64,000 nt of DNA from a virus, in the IMG/VR virus record IMGVR_UViG_3300013233_000246, positions 1 through 64,000 of that record; one strand, written 5' to 3'. Within the stretch, counting starts at the first letter, position 1. Each line of letters begins with the position of its first letter. Below the pieces are notes generated by a model. It was not told the origin of the DNA and ran no database searches. It was given only the letters and a program-made list of their open reading frames with translations. The position numbers and the translations under genes were made by a program. This document shows positions 19,281 to 27,316 of this stretch, one piece after another.

Positions 19281-19726
19281 TGAAAACTAAACAACATAAA
19301 AAGGGATTTTTTGTTCCTAGAAATCCACACAAATACATTGGTGATCTCAACAATATAGTCTTCCGCTCATCTTGGGAAGAAACTTATATGCAATTCCTAG
19401 ATAATAATATGCAGGTTAAGCGTTGGGGTTCGGAAATAATATCCATCCCATACATAAAACCCACTACGGGTAGAGTCCATAAGTATTTCCCAGATTTTTA
19501 TGTAGAATATGAAAACCGCAATGGTGAATTGCTTAAAGAAGTCATTGAAGTAAAGCCATTAAAACAAATCAAGAAGCCTACTGTCCGTGGAAAAAGTAAG
19601 AAAACACAACTTTATGAAAGCTTGACGTGGGCAATTAATATGTCTAAATGGAAGTCAGCCCAACTTTTCTGTGATAAATACGGGTTCAAGTTTAAAATAA
19701 TGTCTGAACGGGATATATATAAATGA
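19280..19726 (+). CDS. gp4: Head completion nuclease
   Basis: PRNPHKYIGD..FRSSWE..WGSE..IPY..YFPDF..IEVKP..N.SKW. Confidence 0.92.
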   Translation: MKTKQHKKGFFVPRNPHKYIGDLNNIVFRSSWEETYMQFLDNNMQVKRWGSEIISIPYIKPTTGRVHKYFPDFYVEYENRNGELLKEVIEVKPLKQIKKPTVRGKSKKTQLYESLTWAINMSKWKSAQLFCDKYGFKFKIMSERDIYK

Positions 19727-20181
19727 GCACAGAAATTAAAACAATTGAAGAGTTGGTGGAACATCCATTGGAAGAAGCCTTCGACATCGAACCTGGTACC
19801 ACAGTATCAGTGCATACTGAACGTTCATCTGAGATGGTTGAAACTGAACAGTATGATAATAAAGATGATGAAATTGATGAGCAGTTTCAAGAGATATATG
19901 ACCGTGCAATGGCAGCATTTGAAGATCAGGTCGCAGAAGCTGAAGTAGTAGAAGGCAAATATAAAGCACGTAATATGGAAGTTGGTGTTCAATTACTAAC
20001 AGCAGCTCTTCACGCAGCGAAAGAAAAATCTAACCAAAAACAACACAAAGATAAATTAGATGTTGCGAAGAAAAAGGCAACCGGACAAACAAATACACAG
20101 AACAACGTTTTTGTTGGAAGCCACAAAGATATCATAGATAGATTACTCCAAAAAGGAAATACGTACGATCAGGAAGAATGA
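19723..20181 (+). CDS. gp16: Terminase small subunit
   Basis: Upstream of TerL; ARNMEV helix and NNVFVGS motif. Confidence 0.7.
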   Translation: MSTEIKTIEELVEHPLEEAFDIEPGTTVSVHTERSSEMVETEQYDNKDDEIDEQFQEIYDRAMAAFEDQVAEAEVVEGKYKARNMEVGVQLLTAALHAAKEKSNQKQHKDKLDVAKKKATGQTNTQNNVFVGSHKDIIDRLLQKGNTYDQEE

Positions 20182-20217
20182 TTGGTAACCTACTTAATTT
20201 AAGGGCTAAATACTATT

Positions 20218-20955
20218 ATGAAAGAACATCTACTGGAAAAGTTAACTACATATAAAGAATTAGCACTTTGCGCAAAAGACCCTGTTTACTTTATTGATAA
20301 TTATGCTACTTGTATAAATCCAACACATGGCAATTTTCCCATGGTGCTTCAGGAATATCAAGAAGATTTATTAAAGACATATGTTAATAGTAATACAATA
20401 GTTAATGCACCCAGACAATCTGGTATAACATTAACAACAAGCATGTATATTTTGTGGTATGCGATGTTTAATCCATTTAAAACTATAGGGATAATATCTG
20501 ATAAAAGACAAAGTACCTTTTATAATTTAGTGATGGTACGCCACGCATACAACAATCTTCCCGATTTTCTTAAAGAGATTGTTGGTATTAAAGTCAACAA
20601 TAAGGGATCTATGCAATTTTCAAACGATTCGTTGATTTTAGCACTTTCCACTGAACCTTGTTCTATGCGTGGAATATCTTTTGATATGATACATTTGGAT
20701 AATTTTTCTTATGTTAAAGAAAGTAAACAGGAAGATATATATGACTACGTTCAAATATCTACATATGCCAACAAATCAAAGATAATAATAACCTCAACGG
20801 GAGCTAATGCTGTAGGAAAGTTCCATGAACTATTTCAAGATGCTTTAGTAGGTATGAATTCCTTTAAGTCTGTGCACATAAAAATAGATAGTCTTTCTCC
20901 ACAATATAAAAGATTAATCGTTAAGGAGGATGATTATGGCACGCAAATTAAATAA
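20218..20955 (+). CDS. Truncated terminase large subunit ATPase paralog with degenerate Walker A/B
   Basis: DPVYFIDNY, LQEYQ, PRQSGIT (K to I), HLDNF (E to N); no nuclease domain. Confidence 0.8.
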   Translation: MKEHLLEKLTTYKELALCAKDPVYFIDNYATCINPTHGNFPMVLQEYQEDLLKTYVNSNTIVNAPRQSGITLTTSMYILWYAMFNPFKTIGIISDKRQSTFYNLVMVRHAYNNLPDFLKEIVGIKVNNKGSMQFSNDSLILALSTEPCSMRGISFDMIHLDNFSYVKESKQEDIYDYVQISTYANKSKIIITSTGANAVGKFHELFQDALVGMNSFKSVHIKIDSLSPQYKRLIVKEDDYGTQIK

Positions 20956-22492
20956 TAGATTAAGAACAGAAAATCAAGAAATAGAATATACCGAAGAACA
21001 CGTAGCAGAACTTTTAACGTGTGCCACAGATCCTGTTTATTTTATTAGTAGTTATGTCAAAGTACAACATCCAACCAAAGGTGCTATGCCATTTAAACTA
21101 TATGACTATCAGAAAAAGATGGTTAATATTTTTCATACAGAAAGATATAGTATAACGCTTTCTGCAAGACAAACAGGAAAATCTGTAACATCCGCCGCAT
21201 ATCTATTATGGTTTGCGATGTTTAATCGTGATAAAACTATTCTTATTGCCGCAAATAAAAATGCCAATGCCATGGAAATGATATTGCGTATACGTTACGC
21301 ATATGAAGAATTGCCATTTTGGCTTAAGCCTGGTGTTAAAGATGATGGTTGGAATAAACATGAAATTGGTTTTGATAATGGTTCGCGTATAGTATCAACA
21401 GCCACCTCGGCTGATTCTGGTCGTGGTATGGCTATTTCGTTATTGTTCCTCGATGAATTTGCATTTGTTAAACCAACAATTCAAGATGAATTTTGGACAT
21501 CAATATCACCAACACTATCAACTGGTGGTGCTTGTATAATGACATCAACCCCCAATGGTGATATGAACATTTATGCCCAGGTGTGGCGTGCAGCATTGGC
21601 TGGCACGAATGGTTATAAGCCAATCCATGTTAAGTGGAATGAACCGCCTGGTCGCGATGAAAGATTCAAGGAAGAGGAAATTGGTCGCATTGGTACAAGA
21701 CGTTGGTCGCAAGAATATGAATGTGAATTTTTGTCATCTGATGCACAATTGATCGATTCTTTGTTTTTGGCAAACCTTACAAAAGAACTGGATGGAATTT
21801 TACCATTAACAAATATCCGTGGTGTTACGTTTTTCGAGAAGATTAACCCAGCGTCAACATACTTGGTTGGCGTAGATCCATCGTCGGGTAACGGCGAAGA
21901 CTTTAGTGTAATTGAAGTATTTGAATTTCCTTCATTAAAACAGGTTGCAGAATATCGTTCCAATACAATGTCAATGAAAGATTTATATGACGTTTTGAAG
22001 AATGTTTTATTATATCTTGAAGATAGGGCAGAAACTGTGTTCTTTTCAATAGAAAATAATGGCGTTGGTAATGGTCTTATTACATTACACGAAGCCGATG
22101 AAGATCCAGTAACATTAGCAGAATTTATTTCAGAACCTGGTAAGGAAAAAATGGGGTTTACAACAACCGCCAAAAGTAAGATGAAGAACTGTGTTACTTT
22201 TAAAGAAATAATTGAACGTGGACAGATGAAAGTTAAGTCGCATACCCTATTGAGTGAAATGAAATCGTACGTAAGATATAAGGGTGCCTATGCAGCGCAG
22301 GCTGGTGCATCTGATGACTGCATATCTGCATGTCTTATAGTTATACGTATATTGGAAGAAATATCACAATATGAAACTGCCGCATACGAAACCTTGTATT
22401 CCGCAGAAGTGCAAGAATGGGATTCAGAAACATGGGATGGATATGATGGTGGTTACGACGAATCGGAAGAAGGTTTGCCTATTTTATTATAA
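20936..22492 (+). CDS. gp17: Terminase large subunit
   Basis: ARQTGKS, LFLDEFAF, TSTPNG, QEYECEF, GVDPSSGNGEDFS, IENN, DDCISA; AAGGAGG RBS. Confidence 0.97.
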   Translation: MARKLNNRLRTENQEIEYTEEHVAELLTCATDPVYFISSYVKVQHPTKGAMPFKLYDYQKKMVNIFHTERYSITLSARQTGKSVTSAAYLLWFAMFNRDKTILIAANKNANAMEMILRIRYAYEELPFWLKPGVKDDGWNKHEIGFDNGSRIVSTATSADSGRGMAISLLFLDEFAFVKPTIQDEFWTSISPTLSTGGACIMTSTPNGDMNIYAQVWRAALAGTNGYKPIHVKWNEPPGRDERFKEEEIGRIGTRRWSQEYECEFLSSDAQLIDSLFLANLTKELDGILPLTNIRGVTFFEKINPASTYLVGVDPSSGNGEDFSVIEVFEFPSLKQVAEYRSNTMSMKDLYDVLKNVLLYLEDRAETVFFSIENNGVGNGLITLHEADEDPVTLAEFISEPGKEKMGFTTTAKSKMKNCVTFKEIIERGQMKVKSHTLLSEMKSYVRYKGAYAAQAGASDDCISACLIVIRILEEISQYETAAYETLYSAEVQEWDSETWDGYDGGYDESEEGLPILL

Positions 22493-22496
22493 ATGC

Positions 22497-22525
22497 TTGA
22501 CATCTGTAACCCATTATGATAAACT
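22497..22525 (+). promoter_or_regulatory. Sigma70-type early promoter
   Basis: TTGACA-17-TAAACT with extended TG; predicted +1 coincides with ATG 22532. Confidence 0.7.
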
Positions 22526-22531
22526 TACCCG

Positions 22532-23641
22532 ATGAATGATTTAAGAACAGAATTTATTACATGGTATTTCAACGAATTCACGCACACGGACTTATTCCGC
22601 AAGATGTTGGAGACTGTTGAAGGTTCACCGCACCACCGTGAAACCAATGTAGGTGTACATACCAATATGGTAGTGGGTCAATACATATCCACAAGCAATG
22701 AACATTGGACGCTTGAAGTTCTAATTGGGGCATTTGTGTGCGCCTTTCATGATACTGGTAAGCCATATTCACGTCAAGAGGCATTTAGTGAAGAACGTGG
22801 TAAGTACTACCGATTTGGTGGGCATGAACTATCGTCTGCGCGTTTTTGGGAAACTTGGGCAGTGGATAATTACGAAACCCTTACTGATCTGTTTGATTTA
22901 ACGGCTTTGGATATATATGCCATTGGGATTCTCATAGAAAATCATCTTCCTTGGTCAATCAAAAAGCCCGCAAAACGCATTGCTTTGGCACAAAGCATTA
23001 AGGGTGTAGCAGATTTTGACACCTTCCGTGATATATTATTTGCGGATACTTGGGGTCGTATATCAGATGACGGGATAGAAAAACGTGCCACTGTCACCAA
23101 ATGGTGTGAAGATTTTGAAGTATTATATAACGATGTTGAAAATTTTAACGCAAATATTGGCAAATCAGACGCACCAGTAGCCTATGTGCTTATTGGCGCT
23201 TCTGGGTCTGGCAAATCTACATTTTTTGCTAATCTGAAGGATGATTTTGAGCATTTCTCTTTAGATTGTTATCGTCACGAATGGTATGACATGGAAGATT
23301 ATCGAAACGCGTTTAAACTGGCGTGTGAAGATAAGAAGTTTATTGATAAGGCAAATTTTGAATATGCTACTATGACCCGTTCTGGAAAGAGTATAGCATT
23401 AGATAATACTAATACTTCCAAGAAACGTCGTGCGAATTATATTCGCCAAGCCAGAGCCAAAGGATATAAGGTAGTTGCTGTAATATTCCCAATAGGGTTA
23501 CAAACCTTATTGGATCGTCAACATACTCGTGGTGAGAAGACGGTTCCAGAAGATGTTGTTCGCAGACAATATATGACATTGAGTTTACCAGCATATGGCG
23601 AGTTTGATGAAATAATAGTATCAGATGGTAACCTTAAATAA
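22532..23641 (+). CDS. HD-domain phosphohydrolase + P-loop polynucleotide kinase (RM378-type Pnk architecture)
   Basis: HHRE..HT..FHDTGK..GHE..H..D; GASGSGKST, LDNTN, R..R..KTVP. Confidence 0.85.
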   Translation: MNDLRTEFITWYFNEFTHTDLFRKMLETVEGSPHHRETNVGVHTNMVVGQYISTSNEHWTLEVLIGAFVCAFHDTGKPYSRQEAFSEERGKYYRFGGHELSSARFWETWAVDNYETLTDLFDLTALDIYAIGILIENHLPWSIKKPAKRIALAQSIKGVADFDTFRDILFADTWGRISDDGIEKRATVTKWCEDFEVLYNDVENFNANIGKSDAPVAYVLIGASGSGKSTFFANLKDDFEHFSLDCYRHEWYDMEDYRNAFKLACEDKKFIDKANFEYATMTRSGKSIALDNTNTSKKRRANYIRQARAKGYKVVAVIFPIGLQTLLDRQHTRGEKTVPEDVVRRQYMTLSLPAYGEFDEIIVSDGNLK

Positions 23642-23669
23642 AAGCCCCCAACGGGGGCTTTTATTTTTT
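23641..23669 (+). terminator. Rho-independent terminator
   Basis: AAAGCCCCC-AAC-GGGGGCTTT followed by a T-rich tail. Confidence 0.85.
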
Positions 23670-23671
23670 GT

Positions 23672-23679
23672 GATAAATA
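23672..23679 (+). promoter_or_regulatory. Late promoter GATAAATA with ATG 6 nt downstream
   Basis: Late consensus directly after the terminator. Confidence 0.65.
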
Positions 23680-23684
23680 TATTC

Positions 23685-24281
23685 ATGAAAGAAAAATATA
23701 TGTTTATTCGTGGTAAACGAGTGTTAGACCAAATGGCAGCCTTAGAAATTATCGCGGAACAATCTACTTATAATCAATTAAAGACCAACGTTGACAATTT
23801 TGTGCCACAAGGTTCTGGCCGTGGCGATGGTACAAAGCGATATAAAAGGCAATATGCGACAGGTGAAGTTAATTTGAAAAATGTTGTATGGCGGGCAGCG
23901 TATGGTGTTAAGGCTCTGGAAGTTACGGCAAATGCACTCGGTGGTGAAAAGCCCTATCAACCAAAAATAATTTTTAATGGTGTAGATTTTGATGATGAAG
24001 ACACTGAAGATAATATAACCGTTCCAGCTGAGGCGGGGGATATACATTTTCAGAAAATAAATTTATCAGAAAAGACTATGCGTGTAAGATGTGACTGTCC
24101 AGATTTCTATTGGAGATTTGCATCATTTAATGCTAAAGATAAAAGTCTTAATGGACGAGCGCCAAAGCCATATCAATCAAAAACAAACAGAGGTCCTGTC
24201 AACCCACAACAAGTCCCTGGTATGTGTAAGCATCTTTTAAAAATAATTGAAGTTTTAAAACAGAATGGTGCTGTTAATTAA
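23685..24281 (+). CDS. SWIM zinc-finger protein
   Basis: VRCDCPDF..NP...PGMCKH. Confidence 0.75.
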   Translation: MKEKYMFIRGKRVLDQMAALEIIAEQSTYNQLKTNVDNFVPQGSGRGDGTKRYKRQYATGEVNLKNVVWRAAYGVKALEVTANALGGEKPYQPKIIFNGVDFDDEDTEDNITVPAEAGDIHFQKINLSEKTMRVRCDCPDFYWRFASFNAKDKSLNGRAPKPYQSKTNRGPVNPQQVPGMCKHLLKIIEVLKQNGAVN

Positions 24282-25357
24282 TGAACTGTTTTATCTGGTT
24301 TAGTTGTTACTGACCGGGTTTCGTCTTCTTTTAGAATATCCTTAATGCGATCTTCTTTTTTGGAATCAACCTCGACAATATCTTTACCACGAATAACTTT
24401 CTTTCCACTCGATACTTGTTTCTTTGTATTGGAAACTTTCTTAGTAGGTTCAATAGTTTCTTCTTTTAATATATTTTTAATAGCTTTGTCGTGTTGTTCT
24501 GTGGTAGTATCTTCGTGTTTTTCACCAATACCAGTAACGGCTTTGATTAAACTATTCGCAATTTTCTTCGCCGAAAATCCATCATCTGATTTTTCTTCTG
24601 TAGGTTTTGTTGTAGGTTCTTCCAATACAACATCTTCCTTCTTTGGAATTGTGTATATTTGTCCACCAGTATTAGCTTTTGGTGACTGTTGAAAAATATC
24701 TTCTTTGACCTTTTTAGATTCATCTTTCTTAACAATTTTCTTTTTGGCGCCGGCTTTTTTAGAAACTACTTTCTTTTCTACCTTCTTCGCTTCACTGGAT
24801 TTCTTTTCAGCACCAGCCTTGCTAATTAGTTCAACAACATTGTTATCGAGTTTATCTTTTTTAATATCAGATGAAACTGGTTTTTTCTTTGCAAGATCTT
24901 TCTTTAATGTTTCACTATCTATCATTTTTAGAGGTGCTGGCTTAATTAAAGCTTTATGTTTTGGTTTTACAATAGTAGCTTTTTCTTTAGTTTCCTTCTT
25001 AACAGATTTTTTGACAGTCTTAGGTTTGGCAGGAGAAAGAATAATATTTTCTGGATCGCTGATAGTTATACCCCTTTCTCCAATGACGTTAACTTCACCT
25101 TTAAGACCTTCAAAAGCATACCCATCTACTATAACACTTATATGAAATGGATATTTAGAATTCTTCAATATCTTCATTGGTGGTATTTCTACTGACCAAG
25201 TAGCGCCCTTACCTTTCTTAGAATCAAAGCCGAGTTCCATCCCTTCACCTTCTATGATGAATCTTACTGACATATTATCATCATCTGCACCACTTACTTC
25301 AATGTCAAATTCTAATATATTTTTTTTGTCATTTGAGATGTTAACTACTTTTTGCAT
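24278..25357 (-). CDS. Hypothetical protein with beta-rich N-domain and Lys-rich disordered tail
   Basis: Long minus-strand ORF, co-oriented with the two upstream minus-strand genes. Confidence 0.7.
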   Translation of the reverse strand: MQKVVNISNDKKNILEFDIEVSGADDDNMSVRFIIEGEGMELGFDSKKGKGATWSVEIPPMKILKNSKYPFHISVIVDGYAFEGLKGEVNVIGERGITISDPENIILSPAKPKTVKKSVKKETKEKATIVKPKHKALIKPAPLKMIDSETLKKDLAKKKPVSSDIKKDKLDNNVVELISKAGAEKKSSEAKKVEKKVVSKKAGAKKKIVKKDESKKVKEDIFQQSPKANTGGQIYTIPKKEDVVLEEPTTKPTEEKSDDGFSAKKIANSLIKAVTGIGEKHEDTTTEQHDKAIKNILKEETIEPTKKVSNTKKQVSSGKKVIRGKDIVEVDSKKEDRIKDILKEDETRSVTTKPDKTVH

Positions 25358-25369
25358 TTTATTGTTCCA

Positions 25370-25810
25370 TTATTTTTTCTTTTTAAAATTGGTTATACTT
25401 ACCCCAATTCTATGGTAAACTCTTTTTATTCCACCAAATGCTACTACAACTTTCTTATAACCACGTTCCGCTATACTTAATACTTTAACAACTATCTTAG
25501 TTCTGTTTATTGGTACAAGAAATATCTTTTCAATTTCTATATCACCCATTCTCATTTTAAGTATTACTTGTTTCTTAACCTTATATACTTTCTCAGGGTC
25601 ATAATGGTCTTTATCAACTGGTTTGAATATATCCCAAGCATTATCAAATTTATTCCATGCTCTACCATGATATGGACCACCGCCACTAGGAGGTACCTGC
25701 ACATTTTGACAATATAACGAAAAATGTGTAGTAATTATTCCGTCACATGCCTTATGATTTATACCCAAGCCATGCGTTATTATTTTCTGACCAGCTAATC
25801 CTATGGACAT
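25370..25810 (-). CDS. Hypothetical protein
   Basis: Minus-strand operon member overlapping its neighbour. Confidence 0.65.
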   Translation of the reverse strand: MSIGLAGQKIITHGLGINHKACDGIITTHFSLYCQNVQVPPSGGGPYHGRAWNKFDNAWDIFKPVDKDHYDPEKVYKVKKQVILKMRMGDIEIEKIFLVPINRTKIVVKVLSIAERGYKKVVVAFGGIKRVYHRIGVSITNFKKKK

Positions 25811-26463
25811 ACTGGCTTACCGTCACTAGAAGCAATTGGCTTTCTTTCACATACAGAATTTGTAGAAGGTGTACCATTTTGGTCAAGTAAACTAAATACG
25901 CGAAGTATAGTAGTACAATCATCATCGTAAACCGTAAGTGTTTTGGCGGCATCATCAATTTTTGTACGATTGGTATCATACTTAAGCAGCAGCGTTACTA
26001 AATCATTAACGGCAGCAATATCTAAAAATAAATTTGTCGTGTCTGCTTTAATTTGACTGACAATTAGCCCAGCACTTCCTGGGTTTAGGTGTGTTGGTGA
26101 TAATTCTTCATCCCAAACACCATTGATTATATTATTTTCAATAGGGTCAATTGAACCAGTCTGATATCTTTCTGTGGATGGTAATATGGCACCGCCATCT
26201 GTTCTTATTAGATATTTTTTGGTTGGGTCGTAACCTATTAAATCAGTAAACAAAAAGGTATAAAAACCATCACCAATTGCTGGTGAACCAGAATCAATGA
26301 TTTCTGACATAGCACCATCTACATTTTGCCCTGAACCAGATGGTGAGCCAACAATTAATGTCTGCACAGCTCCATTCACTTCCCAGATTCTAACTGTGGG
26401 TGTTAATCCTGTCTGTGGTACACCATTATTGGTGAATAAACTATTGACTTCAATCTGTGCCAT
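25801..26463 (-). CDS. Probable virion structural protein
   Basis: ATG 26463 after GAGG RBS; GLTPTVRIW..GFYTFLF..RTDGG; C-terminal NRTKID..LTVYDDD. Confidence 0.65.
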   Translation of the reverse strand: MAQIEVNSLFTNNGVPQTGLTPTVRIWEVNGAVQTLIVGSPSGSGQNVDGAMSEIIDSGSPAIGDGFYTFLFTDLIGYDPTKKYLIRTDGGAILPSTERYQTGSIDPIENNIINGVWDEELSPTHLNPGSAGLIVSQIKADTTNLFLDIAAVNDLVTLLLKYDTNRTKIDDAAKTLTVYDDDCTTILRVFSLLDQNGTPSTNSVCERKPIASSDGKPVCP

Positions 26464-26497
26464 AGTAGGCAATCCTCGTTATTATACGCATATTATT

Positions 26498-26505
26498 TAT
26501 TTATC
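26498..26505 (-). promoter_or_regulatory. Late promoter GATAAATA (minus strand)
   Basis: TATTTATC on the plus strand, upstream of the inverted three-gene island. Confidence 0.6.
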
Positions 26506-26533
26506 ATTAAATATATCAAGGAAATAAAAAACA

Positions 26534-26541
26534 TATAAATA
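26534..26541 (+). promoter_or_regulatory. Late promoter TATAAATA (divergent)
   Basis: Perfect consensus upstream of the fibre operon. Confidence 0.7.
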
Positions 26542-26567
26542 TAGTAAACACTTTTTGGGAAAGAAAT

Positions 26568-26807
26568 ATGAACAATTTTGCACTAATTGATGAGCTAAAT
26601 ACAAAAAAAGAAGAAAATACATCCCCCTTAGCAGAAGGGATTGAATATCAGGAGTATGAATTGACAGTAGATGGTAAACCCCAATCTGTAAGTATCCCTC
26701 TTAAGGAATCTGAAAATTTTGAAAAGTATCTCACCGAATCTAATATTATATTAACGCGTAAGACACTGAAAGTTATCCTAAGAGAATTTCGTGGTATACG
26801 AGCATAA
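26568..26807 (+). CDS. Hypothetical protein
   Basis: First ORF after the late promoter. Confidence 0.6.
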   Translation: MNNFALIDELNTKKEENTSPLAEGIEYQEYELTVDGKPQSVSIPLKESENFEKYLTESNIILTRKTLKVILREFRGIRA

Positions 26808-26821
26808 TTAGGTTATAATAA

Positions 26822-27316
26822 ATGACTTTTGTTTTAACAAGACCTACTTCCGGTGGTGCAGGTGGTGGCACAGTACCAGGGATGACAATATCTACAATAA
26901 ATGGTCAGCCTGTCCTCACATTAGAAGATACTACCCGTGGTAATAAAATATTGTCTGTGGCAGAAATACCTATAGTATATGCAGAAAATAAACTAGGAAA
27001 TAATGATTGGGTAGAGATTGGTAATGCCAATAATGCTGATACCGCTTACATTGCCACCTTTGATGGAACTATTGTTTCAGCAACCGCACAGTGTGAAAAT
27101 GTAAGAAATAATGACAAAAATATACATCTTTATATTAATAATGTTGATCAAGGTCCAATAGGTTCACTAATAGGCCCAACTTTGGATACTTTTATAAATA
27201 CCACAATAGATATTAATTTTAATCAATCAGATTCAATTAGGCTTAGATCTAAAAATGGAATATCTGGAAGAATAGAAGATACAGTAATAAAACTAGTACT
27301 AAAATGGAGAGGATAA
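26822..27316 (+). CDS. Stand-alone fibre tip domain, paralog of the C-terminus of the next gene
   Basis: LTLEDTTRGNKILS..AENKLGNNDW..RIEDTVIKLVLKWRG. Confidence 0.7.
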   Translation: MTFVLTRPTSGGAGGGTVPGMTISTINGQPVLTLEDTTRGNKILSVAEIPIVYAENKLGNNDWVEIGNANNADTAYIATFDGTIVSATAQCENVRNNDKNIHLYINNVDQGPIGSLIGPTLDTFINTTIDINFNQSDSIRLRSKNGISGRIEDTVIKLVLKWRG

